From the NCBI RefSeq assembly GCF_028641065.1, contig NC_073391.1:15934001-15998000 (forward strand): 64,000 nt of DNA, written 5' to 3'. Shown one piece after another: positions 1-13,778 of the stretch (within the stretch, counting starts at the first letter, position 1; each line of letters starts with the position of its first letter). The notes beneath the pieces were generated by a model, which was given only the letters and a program-made list of their open reading frames with translations, made no database searches and was not told where the DNA came from. The translations under genes were made by a program, and so were the position numbers. This DNA comes from Leucoraja erinacea (Eukaryota).

Positions 1-870
1 GTGCGCGGCTCAGGGAGAGGCAGTGTGGGGCACGGGGCAGCAGGGATGAGGGAGTGTGCAGCCCGGGGCAGCGGGGAGAGGGGGTGTGCAGCCCGGGGCA
101 ACGGGAAGAGGGGTGTGTGGAGGGGGGGGGGGGGGTGTGCGGCCCGGGGCAACGGGAGAGGGGGAGCGGCCCGGGGGGGGGGGGGGGGGGGGGGGGGACA
201 TTGTAGTGGGGGGCAGGCGGGGAGTGGGGGGGGGGGAGAGTTGAGGGGTGGGGATAAGGCCTAGTGTGTGTGAAGTTGCGGGGAGGTTTACAATGTTTAT
301 TATTTAATGTCCCTTGTTTAGTCTGAAATGAAGTTCATCATTGGATCAGAAGAAATATAATTGTGTGTTATATGATTATATACATTTATATCCCATTCAT
401 GTATGTGTGTGTTTATAAACATTTTATTCTTTAACAAGAATGAACAGAATTATGAACTAACAGAATTATGAATCTAACCCTATATCACACACAAAAACTT
501 CCCCCGCAATGTCAATTACCCTGCGAGTCGGGTCGGGTATGTTCCGGTTACTACAAAATCAACTCAAACACTGCTTGTGAGCCATTTAAAAAGAAATGAT
601 TTAAAAAACATTAAAAAAGACAATTACCAGAGTCAAATTTTATTCTTGACAAGAAGTATGAACTGACAGAATTATGAATCTAACCCTATATCACACACAC
701 AAACTGTTGCCCCACAACATTGATTACACTGTGAGTCGGGTCGGGTCAGGTAGGCTCCGGTTACTAAAATGGGCGGTGAAAAATGCCCAGGATCCCCTCC
801 GTAGCGTACTACACATCAGCCCATTGTATTTCGCAGGAGTGGCCTATCTTGCTCTGCTCTAAGATCTTTG
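1..870. mobile_element. Partial non-autonomous DNA-transposon-like repeat with a G-rich low-complexity block and an internal duplication
   Basis: G-run tract at 1-260. The block AACAGAATTATGAATCTAACCCTATATCACACACA...GAGTCGGGTCGGG occurs twice (about 459-540 and 665-750). The repeat ends sharply at ...AAGATCTTTG (870), where a Penelope-derived repeat resumes mid-sequence. The other end lies outside the window. Confidence 0.5.
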
Positions 871-950
871 ATGCTGCCTGTCCCCACTGAGTTACTCCAG
901 CATTTTGTGTCTATTTTCGGTGTAAACTAGCACCTGCAGTTCCATCCTAT
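871..950 (+). mobile_element. Penelope-derived terminal-repeat fragment
   Basis: ATGCTGCCTG...GAGTTACTCCAGCATTTTGTGTCTA...GCAGTTCC matches the 3' end of the GIY-YIG-bearing element at 60246-60836. Confidence 0.75.
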
Positions 951-3900
951 TCAATTTTTAAGCCAGACTCTGCTTTGGCTATGGTGATATTTTGCGATCC
1001 ACGTTTTCAATCAAACTAGCACATGATAGTTAATTTTGATGTGCGCAATGCAAACACCCTATTGCTAAATGCACTAGTTCATACACACTCCAGACTTCTG
1101 TGAGAGTGCAAACAAATGGATTTTATCAGAAGCAATTATTTACTGATTGGAACAAAAACCTGTGGGTTTTGGAGATCCCTCAAGGACCAAAGTTAATACT
1201 GTAACTTCTGGTTAGGGATATGGTCAGTGGACACAAGCTTTAAAAAAAAAAAAGGTCGTTAACTCAAGGATGTTTGTTTTCTGTATCACATTGTCACAGT
1301 AGTTATCTATTTGAAAAACACTTTACAGATATGATTTAATTTGTATATTCTTGGTCATATTACATTTATGTTAAACTATAACTAATTGATACCAAAAATA
1401 AATGAATAGGAACTAAACTAATAGTAATATATAATCTATATAACCAAAGTAAAATAATGGCATTTAATTAATTTGAAGCTAATAAATCTAGATAATTTAC
1501 TTGGATTCCACATTGTTATTACCTAATTTGTTTCTTATTTTATTAATGTGCCTGTTATATTGCCATGATTTGCCTTGTTTTTATAACTTCAATTATAATG
1601 TGATTCTTGGATCACTACAAAAATCATATCATCCTTGATCTGTCACCATGTTTGGCAATAATCCCAGTGGCCAATGTGCCTTCTCTCAGTAATTCATTTG
1701 ACACACAAATATAATGTTGATTAAACATGCTATATATTAAAAAGTAAGATAGCAGTTACATTAAAATGTCATGAAATGTCATTGCAGAAACTTTCATATA
1801 TGTTACTAAATGTTAAACATGATTTCTATTTCACGTAGGATCACATGAAAAAGGTTGTATTTTTACTCAATCTTATAGTCTCTTTAGTGTTTTTATTGAT
1901 TTCATCTCCACTTCAAACCAAATGCATGATCCAAACTGCTTTTTTCCTTAGAGACTGGAATGTCAGTTCCTTTAGAGAATTTTTTTTTTAAATGAGGAGA
2001 TTAGTTTGATCAATCTAATTGAAAGGTAAATAAATTAAGTAGATACTATGGAATGTTATTTGAACATTTAATTGAGCAATATCACAACAGCAATCAAAAC
2101 AATTAAACCATTAGCTATTAAAACGACATTTGGCAATATTAAGGACCTCTTTTTAAGATGATTGTATGCTTCCACATAAAAGGGGAACATCATTCCTAAC
2201 AAATTTAAAACCTTGCATTCTAGTTCCAGATAATTTGCTTTGCAAATAGTAATACACACTATTAATTGTAAGTGTTGCTTTCATGGGCACACTATAGCTT
2301 TTTAATCTGAATTTTGAACAAGGGCTGAGGTCCAGGCTGTACAAATCTGGGAATATTGAACTTTTGCCCCCATCTCCCAAGAGAGGGTCTTCGACTTTCT
2401 AAAGTTTAAAAATTTTCAGAAAAGACTTGGTTCCAAGACTGCAGAGATCAATGCTGGACAAAGCCAAAATCGAAACTATAAAAGGTTGTTCTTCGGGTCT
2501 AAGACATTAGACAAGTTTAGTAAATGTTAAAAAGAACACAAAATGTGATTGTGGACTTATGCCAGAATTCAACTTATCAAAAGGGAAGGAAAGTTATCAG
2601 ATCTCTTGATGCACTCTAGAAATTATTTCCCAGCTGTCCAAAGTTCATGGGAACTAGTTGCAACCTCCAAACACGCTTGACGTCTTGTGGCCTGCCTTTG
2701 GTGCACTGTAAGAATTTGTGCCTCTGTAACCACTATTCTGTCAGAGCTTGCCAGTGCGTCCCAGCCCCGATAAACACCAATGAGCTCAGGGATGCATTGG
2801 GGTAGGAAATGCCATGTTAATGTCAGACATCCAGTGAGTGAAAGTTGGCAAGTCTGTGTCCCTGGCCTCTATATATCACCGAGGCAGGTGGGAAATCTAT
2901 AATAAAAATCTGGAATTTGAAAAGCTAGGTCCAGTGAACAGGAATCTACTGGAATGTCATTAAACCCATCCAGTTCAACGATGTCTTTTAGGAAAGCAGA
3001 TTTGCCATCATTATCTTGTGGGGCTCACATGTGACTTGAGGCCAACAGTAAATTAGTCGACTGTTCTGAAATGGGGCAGCAAACTGCACAGCTGAACCAA
3101 ACTCCTCGGATTATCCATCTGACAGTGCTTGTATAACAAGGGCTCCACCATTTCCCCCGAGACCATTATGGATGGGCAATAAATTGTCATCCTTCCAATG
3201 ACACATAGGTTCCATGTGAAAATAAAGCTGAGGCTGATGCTTGGATTTCAATTGTCACATTTTGTAAAGATCAAGCTCTTCCCTGTAAATCTGTTTGCTA
3301 CAATTATTTATGAAGTCACTGGGGAAGATCTTCACTGTAGTTCTTCACTGCAGCTTAAATGAAACCACTGCAATCAAATGCTATATATCTTTAATTTGAA
3401 GGGTATCCTTAGAAATGTCAAAAGTTTTATAATGGACTGAAATACTCTGGACAGACATTTCTAATTGTGAAAGAATTTGCTTTGAAGTTCACTATAAAGG
3501 AATGAAATAATGGAACGTTCAGCAATATTATGTTTTGCAGGAAGATATACTTGTTCCCTTACCACTTTATGTCTGCCAATCATACCAGTCAATTAGCTCA
3601 TACTTTGAGTGGATTATGTTACCACAACTAATGTACTTTATTGACTCAATGTTTAGCTGCACCTAGGACGTGAGACACACACTAAATGGGAGCTTTTCAT
3701 CAATATCACTGGTGAAAGGTACTTGGAGAGCCATTCGGGAAAAGATATGGCTCTCCTTATCACAGAAAACAGAAATGAGCTGTATTGTTGTATAATCAAT
3801 TGTCTGCTGACCTATCCAGCAGTTTTTTAAATACTTAGCAGTTTGTTATGGTGACTGTGGAAAATAACAAACAAATTCAGAAAAGGGTTTGCTAAATGAT

Positions 3901-6900
3901 TTTTTTGGGGGGGTAACTCTGTAAACGGTGGTTCTTTATAAAGGTGACAATGCTTTTATCAGAGGGCAGCAGTAGTAAAGTATTCCATATGTGACTTAAA
4001 TACAATTGTGCCGTAATTCAACAAGGTTTATGGTTAGGAATCTTGACAAAAAGGGATTTTTATGAGTACTACTCAATGTAGCGTCAAGAACTAATTAGCA
4101 TTTTCTTATTATTACTGGTGGCTGACTGCATTGGTGGTGGTTTATTTTGGTCATGTGTACCAAGGTACAGAGAAAACCATTGTGTGCATGATATCCAGTC
4201 AAATTATGCTATACATAAGTACAATGAAGTCATACACAAGTACAATGGTTAACACATTGTAAAAACGACTAGACTGCAAAGTAGAATGTTAGAGTATTAT
4301 ACTGTTAGTTACACAGAAAGTGCAGATATAATTAGTCTTTGGTGATGTTGAATGTTTTCCTAAGGCAGTGTGGTGTGGGGGAAGTCATGGGGAGAGGGGG
4401 GTGGGGGAGGTAGGTTTACGTGTTGGACTAAATCCTCGACTTTTGGCAATTGCTTGCGGTCTTGTGGTAGAACTGTTGTCAAAATAAACTGAATTTAAAA
4501 ATTCAGCATGACTTCTGAGGAAGTAAAGGTGAGAAGAAACATTTAGAAACGAGAGGAACGGAGGATTGGGGAGGAGGTGGTTGGAGAGAGATGGTGCAAA
4601 CAGGGGAAGGTGATAGGCATTAATACCAGGCTGCTGCCAAGGGAAGGAAGGAGGGATAGGACAGGGAGGTGGGATGAGTGAAGACAAAGGAAGTATTAGA
4701 GACCAGAGCAGAGGAGGCGTTTGGAAGGTCAGTGATGCGGTTAATTTAGGTCTAACATAAGACATAGGAGCAGAATTAGGTCATTTGGCCCATCATGTCT
4801 GTTCTGACAGTGGGGAAGAAGCTGTTCCCGAGTTTGGTGTTGTGCTTTCAGGCTTTTGTATCTGCTGCCTGATGGGAGAGGGGAGCATGCAAGTGGAATT
4901 ACCTTCTCCCCGGGCACTGCTGCCCATCAGTCAGGCATCTCGATGCTTGGGGAACTCAGCTGGCTGGTGCTAGAACATATAAAATCGCAAGGTGCACAAA
5001 CCTTTCACAAAATACCAACATTCCCAAAATGCTCCTGGCTCAGGAATATGTTTTAATATTTTATTAACGTTATATATTTTAGCATCTTGCCCAACTCATT
5101 TCTTGGGCTATAAAATTCCTCTCCAGCACTGCATGTCTCATCTCTGAATATAACTATGTAATAAGTTAAAGTAAATTCATGCACAATAGTCTTTCACAAA
5201 ACTCATGACGTGACAATTATTTTAAGTTGCCAGCAGCAAACATTAAAAACCTTCACCAATTGTGGTTACACAGTAAGTCAGGCAGCATCTGTAAAGAAAG
5301 AAGCAGAAGTCACTTCTCATCAGGAATGATGAATAGTTTATGACCCCACCCATGGGCTGGCTCGCACCTCCTGCCCTGATTCATTGCCACCAACACTTAT
5401 ACCCGCTGCACATCTGCCAGATGTGGTGGGCTGGTCAATCAGACCTACGCACCCAACTGTACTAAAAGGGGTATGTAAAGAAGGAAAATAGTCAAAAATA
5501 GATCCAAAGTATTGGTGGAAGCCAATATTGCTGCACCAGCCCTCTCTAGTAAAGCTAAGTGCAGAGAACATCCTGACCTTTTCCCCAGCACTACTCCGTC
5601 GCTGGGCTTAGCATTGAGAGCAGGTATGGAAGGAACCGAGAGACGTACAAACATTCAACACTGAGTGCTTCTCAACTGTCCTCCTTTGACCACACTTACA
5701 ATGAAGGCTAAGACGTACAACATTGTTCTGTGGGCATGATTAAGACCTGTAAATCTTCCAGTTAAGTGCTTTTAAGAATTTTCTTGTTTGTATTTCAGAT
5801 TTTCACCACTACAGGAATTTGCCTTTGTGTCACTAATATCAATGTGGGTTACTGTTGTGGTTCTAAGTAAAGCTACATTGCTGCAAGTACTTCCCCAACC
5901 TCATTTGTCTGCCCACTTGTGGGCAGCGGCAGTGACACCAGTGACCCAGGCTGATCTGAAGGTATGGGGGAAGCTGGTCAAGCTATGGCTGTGTAAAGAT
6001 ACCCAAGTGTAGAACAGTGACAGCTACTGATCCCTCACTGAGAGATCTCTCTCTCATCTCTCTCATTTTAAGCCCGAGAGCTATGCTGATTGTAGCTTTG
6101 AGTGCTTTCTAACCATTTGAATCTTATACCTATCACACATTTTTTTCTGTGTTTTTATTGATATTGAAGCACAAAGGGTTTAGCCACAAGGAATATTGCG
6201 CTGGTGAATGGAAGATCGCGTCTTTGATTTCCAACACTTTTCATGTCAGTATCTCTCCATCAATTGCTTTCACTGGTGTAACATGCTTCTTCTGGTTCAG
6301 TGTTGATGTGTGCCTGATTCTTTTTTTGACATGGTGTTCTTTGCATACATGAGTCATTTTGGACAGATGATCGCTGAGATATGAAATAATTCAGAACGTG
6401 GATAGTCGCTGCAGTGAAGAGTGTGTCTTTGTTCCTTAATCAGCTATGGTTTTAGATATCATCCAGGTGACGCCTGTGGGTTCAACTCCAAATCTTTTCT
6501 GCATTTGATGCAGTTGGGACTTAGTAAGTATTTGCATTTTGTATCCTGCGCCTGTCTATTTGCATATTTCAACTTTGTTCTCTCCTATTGTGTCACACAT
6601 CAGCAGCGTGGGCAGACTGCCTGCTGTCAGCCACGGTTTCTGCTGCTTTATACTCAGCAGCAGCGTGAAGTATTCAAGTAGCTCAGGTCTGAAGGAAGGA
6701 GCTGCTGCTCCTTGTTGTGTATCCCTACTAGTGAAGAACAACCTTCATCATGTCTGTTACCACTGGCAATAATCCAGACACATTCAGAAACCTTCAGTGG
6801 GAAGAACATGAACACAGCGATTTTGGATTCCACTTGAAACTTTAGAAAGTCGGACTTAGCAAGGTTGATTCTGCATGTAATTTAAAAATCCTGATTTTGC

Positions 6901-7019
6901 TGATGAGCACTTTGAAGGAGCAGCATTAATGCAGGAATATTTTATGTGCTTGGAGCCAAGAATTTAAAACTTAAATATGTGGCATAATAAAAGCAGTTTA
7001 TTAATGGGACAACAATTAT

Positions 7020-7712
7020 CGCTGTGGTTGACATTAAGGAATCTATTGGGCAAAGTAGCAAATGGAAATTAAACTAGAGAATGTGAGATAAAGCATTCAG
7101 GAAAATACAGCAAGCAAGAAATGAGTGGAGAGGACAAATAAAAGGACCTTGGAGTTTATATCCAGAGATCTTTAAAGGTGGCAGAACTGGTCAATAAGAT
7201 GGTTAAAAAGGCAAACATGATGCTTTCATTTCAGATGGGACATAGAACATTAAAACAGGGAGGTTGTGCAAGAATTGTAAACACCACCCATTGGGCCACA
7301 GCTTGAACAATAGATGATCTGATCGTTCCTGGCAGAAAGATATCTTAGAATGAGAGAGGATGCAAAGGAGGGTTGTGAGGATATTACCTGGATTGCTAGT
7401 ACTGTTTTCTTTGCAGCAGGGGATGCATAGGAGAGATTTGTAGGGCCTGGAGGACAGAGGGAGCCAAGCCAGTGACCATTAAATAATAGGTGGAAGGCAG
7501 ATAAGAAAACAATCTTTCATGCAGAGGGCAGTATTGGTCTAAAACTCTCTGCCCAGAAGGGTAAAAAGGCAAGAACAACCATGACACTAGCCTGTTCTAT
7601 AAACTCTGTTCTGGCAGGTGGAATTAGGATGATAGTTGCTCTTTTCTAATTTGCATAGCCACAGCTGCCTGAAAAAATGGCCTCTTTCGGTATCATAGAT
7701 TCTCTATGATTC
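7020..7712 (+). mobile_element. Old, degraded CR1 LINE 3' portion
   Basis: Diverged but collinear CR1 ORF2-end and 3' UTR motifs (GGACCTTGGAGT, GATGGTTAAAAAGGCA, GGCCACAGCTTGA, TGCAAAGGAGG, TTCTCTATGATTC). Confidence 0.55.
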
Positions 7713-8070
7713 AAGCATCTGGCATCATAAATGTTGCTGAATGAGCCTTGAACCATCTCTCGAGACAATGTAATTCACTTCAGTGTCACTGCAGACCTTG
7801 CTCAAGATTAAGGCGTATGATACCATACATACATTTCACTAAAATCCTCCTGTTACTGTCGTCAACCATAAAGCATTTGCTGAGTATTGGCCTTGACACA
7901 AGGGTTGAATCTGCTTGGCCTACAGCTAGCTGTCTCTGAAGAATAAGAATCCTATATTTACGACAATAATGAGACTGCTCTGGTTTGGATTAAATGAAAA
8001 TACAAAATGCTGGAAATACTTAACAGATTATGCTGCAGCAGAGAGGAGAGTGACCAAGTTAATGCAAAGA

Positions 8071-8216
8071 TGTACGTTTGTAGGTTAATTGGCTTGGTAA
8101 ATATAAAAATTGTCCCTAGTGGGTGTAGAATAGTGTTAATATGCGGGGATCGCTGGTCGGGGCCGAAGGGCCTGTTTCTGCACTGTACCTCTAAACTAAA
8201 ACTAAACTAAACTAAA
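8071..8216 (+). mobile_element. HE1-type SINE 3' fragment with (CTAAA)n tail, inside an old Penelope-derived repeat (about 8003-8260)
   Basis: TGTAGGTTAATTGGCTTGG...GGGCCGAAGGGCCTGTTTC...CTCTAAACTAAAACTAAACTAAA; same family as 38206-38521. Confidence 0.7.
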
Positions 8217-8756
8217 CATTTCAGTTCAATAACTTTCCATTAGAACTAGAAAAAGTTAATGATGGAACAAAAATGTTTTGCTGCAAAGGAAATGGGGGAT
8301 AAAACAAAGAGGAAGGTACAGTATGTAAAAGGATGCAATGCCGGAGGGGTTAAACAAAAGAAGTGATGGTACAATACAAAAGTGAATACTGAAGAGGTAC
8401 AGGATTAGGATGCAAAATAGTGAAGGAAACTGTGGCATTTAGTAGATAATGGTGGATAATGGTCACTGTTTAATCCAAATCAAGCAGAACGTTTAAGCGT
8501 TTAAAATGAAAACTGCCTGTACATGTGTAGACTGGGGAAGTACATTTGTTATGAAGCTTGTTGTTGCTTACATAGTGATCAGATGAAAATTGTGGCCAAC
8601 GCATAGATGTTAAATATAAACAGACGTTGTTATCATTGGAACAGTGATTTACCAATGTGGTTTGCAACAATGGATCTCCAAATAATCTTGGCACTCGGAT
8701 GAGGGATATGAACAGAATTGTTTCAATAATGCTGAATTATGTGGATATAAATCTTA

Positions 8757-8848
8757 TTGAAGAAGGGTCTCGACCCAAAACGTCACCCATTCCTTTTCTC
8801 CAGAGATACTGCCTGTCCCGCTGAGTTACTCCAGCATTTTGTGTCTAT
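8757..8848 (+). mobile_element. Penelope-derived terminal repeat with a degenerate hammerhead core
   Basis: TGAAGAAGGGTCTCGACCCAAAACGTCACCCATTCC...GAGTTACTCCAGCATTTTGTGTCTA; the GAAA core is mutated to AAAA. Confidence 0.75.
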
Positions 8849-9445
8849 TATTGAAGACCAACGGGATCAACTATTGCCAGCATTCAAATTTACAAAAATA
8901 AAATCCTTGTAGAGCATTTTATTGATGAGAGATCCTTCAGAATGCAGAATTTTATTGTCTTTTTTTGTTTGTTTTTTGTTGACAAGTAATAGAATGTCAA
9001 AAGTGTGATGTAAGTAAATGCCGATTAGTTCCATATTAACCCAACGCACTAAACAAGGTCTGATCCCTGTTCATCACTCAGATTCCCCGTCGCTCCGAAC
9101 TTATTTGGTTCACATCCATAAGGATGAACTTGCTGGTGGAGGGCAACCTAGACCTAATCAACAAGGTCAAAGGCCAAAACAGGGTTACATGGTTGGCTCG
9201 GAGCAAGCCCACCCACTAACTGCTGGGGAAAATTTGACAGATTGCTATGCTCACCCCCCGCTGATCAGCCATCTGTCAAATCTGCAAAGCTTCTGGGATG
9301 CTTTCAAAAACTGTTAAATAATGAGCTAAATAATTTTAACTAGAAAATTATTAGTAAGATTAAGAATGCCAAAATAATCAAGGCAATACTACTGAGATAA
9401 AAAGTAATAGATAACATGCGTTATAGTCTGTCATGTTCCATACAG

Positions 9446-9640
9446 TTGTAACATCGCCACGGCAATGAATGGGGTCTCGGATAAATCCTGGCACAGGATC
9501 CTTAAACAGATTCCCAGTCTAAGTGTAGGGGACTCGCATCAAGTTTGTGTTCTGCCTTCATGTGGAGACTGGTGTCAGAGCATAAGGCAGAATTCACCCA
9601 GCGGCAATCTGTCAGCAAGTTCGGGATTCCACACGCGGAT
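9446..9640 (+). CDS. Candidate internal coding exon (195 nt, phase 2 on both sides), unknown protein
   Basis: Acceptor TGTTCCATACAG, donor AT|GTAAGT, length divisible by 3, and only one of three frames open (CNIATAMNGVSDKSWHRILKQIPSLSVGD...GFHTR). No protein similarity recognised. Confidence 0.3.
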
Positions 9641-10487
9641 GTAAGTAAGCATGAATCCTGAACTTGCTTGCATTGAGGGGGATAAATAGCATGAAGCTGC
9701 TGCCATTTACCTGCAAGATTCACTTTGGTCATCATTTGTAGTAGTAATTGATACCTTCACCCTTGTTGTGCCATTGCCTGCTGAGAATGAGGTGGTAAAG
9801 GGTAATGTTTAGGTTTAAAGGTGATTAATTGCCAGGAATTTCTTATTATTCAAGGTATTTTACAAAGTGTTTAGCTGGATTCTAAGACAAAAATAATTTC
9901 CTGATCTTGACCTGGGAGTGGGGTTGGGGAACAACGAGACACCATAGGTACTACAAACAAAGTAGCAAGCGGATTAATTTGTATAAAAATTAAAGAGACA
10001 TATAGGCATGTGAAGTTGAGGATGAGAAACATATCCTGCGATTCACTTCCAACATACTGCGTGCAGGAAAATTTGTATCTTCCAGGTGCATTTTATGGCT
10101 GAGCTTGGTTTTATGGTCAAAGATAATAGGATTTAAAACCAGTGACCATTGCCAAATTTTCCTGACTGGAACATCTCTAATCCAGATTCTGTCAAGGCTT
10201 CTGGTTGCCAGCAACATCTGCTCAAAGCAGTAAACAAGTTATAAATTTAAAATGTTTCAAGTTTCCTGAGGGCCAATGTACTTCATAATTTCAAACAAGT
10301 AACTGGAGCACAATGGCATTTGTCATAAATGTGGTGACTAGATATTGAGGTGTGACCAGTCCTAATGGTAGTAATAGGGTTTTTGTTGTGGGTTGATGTG
10401 AATAATCAAACAAGTTCTCTCTAAGGTGCCTCCTACACAAGCAACAATCCTGGCATGCACCACCTGACATACACACCTCACTGAATA

Positions 10488-10586
10488 CAAGATAGACACA
10501 AAAAACTGGAGTAACACAGCGGGACAGGCAGCATCTCTGGAGAGAAGGAATGGGTGACGTTTTGGGTCGAGACCCTTCTTCAAATG
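10488..10586 (-). mobile_element. Penelope-derived terminal repeat
   Basis: AAGATAGACACAAAAAACTGGAGTAAC...GGGTGACGTTTTGGGTCGAGACCCTTCTTCA is the reverse copy of the family at 8757 and 60740. Confidence 0.75.
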
Positions 10587-12995
10587 AGTGAAGACCACTG
10601 AATGTAGGGTTTTGTGGGCAGCGAGCCCCTTCCTCAGCCTCATGTCTTTTTTAGACAGCTCTTAGTGTCACAACATTTAGTGGCAGCTGTGGAGTACATT
10701 CTGAAGGTCACTTTACATCTTGTTTTAAGATAGGTCTCCCTTAAATGAATTTTGCTGCATTTTGTAATCTATCCGTGTCCTTTATCATTTGCAGAGTGAC
10801 AATCAAGTGAATTGTACAACTTTGGGGGAAAACAAAATCCATGCATAATGAAAATTAAAAAAAAATGCATAGGCTGGAAATCTGAAATAAACACAGAAAA
10901 TGCTTGAAACATTCAGCTGGTCAGATAACATTTGTGGAAAGAGAAACAGTTAAGGTTTCAGAAATAATGTCCTTCATTGGAACTGCTTGTTAGAACAATC
11001 TAAAAATAGATTGTTTAAATCTGTGGATTTAAGTTCCTCATGCGTGCTCAGATTAAACTGATAGTTTTTTGCGCTTATCTGTCACTGATCTACATCATTT
11101 GACAGCCTTCTTCACTGTCTGCAAATCCACAACTGTTTGTGTGTCTTGCAAACTTGCTAACCAACCCACCAATGTTTTAGTATCACAAGCAACACAAGTC
11201 CCAACACTGAAAACCTGCGGGCCATCAGAGGTCACAGGTTTACAGCCAGAATAACCCCCTTCGACTGCTATCTTTTGTCTTCTATTATTGCATCTTAATC
11301 TTCTGCATCAGCCTACAATGAAGGCCCTTGTTAAATGCCTTACAAAAATCCATGTAGACAGCATCCACTGCTCTACCCCACATCATTCATCTTGATCTCC
11401 TCCAAATAAAATCTAATGGGTTTATGACTATTAATTGACAACAAAAGGGATATATTTCCCAGATTGTCTAATATATAGTTTTCTTTCCTCCTCCAACTCT
11501 TTACCATGCCTTTGACTTTGAATATGCTACTTGCTTTATTTACAGCTGTAATACTCTCGTAAATGTCCGCGGTTGAGTACTGACCAGGTTTTGCACTCTA
11601 ATGATTCCACAGCACAGATTTTTTTTTCTCAAACTCCTTTCAACAGAAACCACAAAGCAAGTGACGGGGTCAGAATGTGGGGCTCTTTACTGTCTCTCAC
11701 ACATCATTGCTGCAAGTTGCTGCAGAAAGCCACAGTCATATTGCCACAGTGATAGTGACCTAATATGACTGACTTTACCATCACAGGCAAGGTTCATTAA
11801 CAGGGCATTTTTATTGCATCAAATGGATCATTTTCTTCACTCTATGACCATGACTCATGGAAACCAATGACCACTTTCTGGAAAGGCCTGTTCGAACGTA
11901 ACACAGTTTGGAGCACTAAAGCTGTTTGTTAGGTAGCTGTCCAATACCCAGGCCATTTATCCTGAATGTTCGTAGCTTTACATGGATAAAGCTGATTTTT
12001 TTTTCTTTTTTGGTCCTGAAAGAATGAATGTTCTTTAATGACTGTTGATGGAGAAAGAATGGGTGAACCATATCTTATTCTTGCCAATAATAATAAAAAT
12101 AATCATACTTGGTGTAATGATTTACATCTTGCACATAGCAATGAACTATAGAAAGATAGGAGAGACATGAAACTGCAGTTGCTGGAATCTTGAGCAAAAA
12201 CAGCAACCTGCTGGAGGAACTCAGCGAGTAGGCAGCATCTGGGTGTAATTATGACTTTTAAAAGGCATTTAGACAAGTTCATGGATAGCGCAGTGTTATG
12301 GGCCAAGTGCTGTCGAATGGGACTAGCTCAGAAAGACATCCTGGTTAGCACGGTGCGTTGGGCCCAAAGGCTGCTTATTGTGCCGTAGAACTCTACCACG
12401 CTAAATGGTGGCCCATTGATATGGACGCATGGTAATTTGTTTCGAGGTCAGGATGTTGTGTGACTTGGTGATAAACTTTGCGATTGTGATTATGGAGGTT
12501 TGTGCATGCTGACCTTGTTCTTCTTGTGGTAGGGGTCAAGTTTTCCAAATTCTACATAAGATATTTTGATAAGTCAGTACTCTGCATTTTGTAGACGGTG
12601 CATGCTGCTACCACAGTGAGCTGGGAGTAAATGCTCAAGGTGGTGGATACAGTGCTGATTGAATGGGTTGTTATTATAATGGATGACGTCAAGCGTTGGA
12701 GTTGCGTCCAGAAGGTTATTCCATCCCACTACTGATTTGCGCTCTCTAGACAGCAGAAATGCTTTTGGTAAGCAGCAGATAAATCCCTAGGAATACATGA
12801 CCTTTGCCCTGCTCTTATAGCCACAGTGTTTCTATTTCTGACCCTGTCAATCTTTTGATCAGTGATGATTCCACTCCGCCACCTCACCCCCAGAATTTCA
12901 GTGGTGGGCGGGAGATTTGGTGATGTTATTCTATTGAATGCCAAAGGGAGATGGTCCTACTATGTGTTGGTGCTGGCCCTTACCTTGCAATGCTG

Positions 12996-13155
12996 TGTTT
13001 AGTTTAGTTTAGAAATACAGGGCGGAAACAGGCCCTTTGGCCCAACGAGTCCGCGCCGACCAAGATCCCCGCATACTAACACTATCCTACAAACACTCTG
13101 AACAATTTACAATTTTAACAAGCCAATTAGCCTACAAACCAGAACATTTGTGGCA
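12996..13155 (-). mobile_element. HE1-type SINE 3' fragment
   Basis: (GTTTA)n tail followed by GAAATACAGGGCGGAAACAGGCCCTTTGGCCC...GCCAATTAGCCTACAAACC. Confidence 0.7.
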
Positions 13156-13504
13156 CGTTTGTTACTCGCCACAAAGCATTAATGTTGTCCAATCTTGCCA
13201 CAAACATGCAGAGGTGATTTAATATATGAGGAAAAGTAGATGGAATTGAATTGTGTGCCGCTTGGGATGTGATAGTAGAGAGGAGGTCATTGATGAAGGA
13301 GCAGATGGCGAGGGCCTGAGGAAGCCATGCAACATTGTGCTTGGACTGAGATCATTACCATATTTTCTCTATAACATATAAGGTGGCCATTTCAGCGAGT
13401 TTATAGCCAGCTCCCAGATTGATCCCCAACCCACTTCCCTGAGGCTGTTTCTTTCTATATGCACATCCACCTCCAGATTTTATTCATGAGAGGCATTTAA
13501 TCTA

Positions 13505-13778
13505 CCAAAGATAGACACAAAATGCTGGAGTAACTCAGCGGGTCAGGCAGCACCTCTGGAGAGAAGGAATGGGTGACGTTTCGGGTCGAAACCCTGCCGA
13601 CTGAGAGTCAGGGAGAGGGAAACTAGTGGTATGAAAATGCACAAAGAACTAATTTAATTAAAGGAATGAAAAGAACAAGTCAAAGCTAGCACCGAAGATT
13701 AAGGAAAGACCCAATGAGTTTATCCAACATTTTGTGTCTATCTTTGGTGTAAACCAGCATCTGCAGCTCCTTCTTACA
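13505..13778. mobile_element. Penelope-derived fold-back element
   Basis: CCAAAGATAGACACAAAATGCTGGA at 13505 is mirrored by TCCAACATTTTGTGTCTATCTTTGG ending near 13748. Confidence 0.7.

Noticed and set aside
1-264. Gly/Pro-rich ORFs
   Set aside because: Translations of a G-run low-complexity tract inside a repeat.
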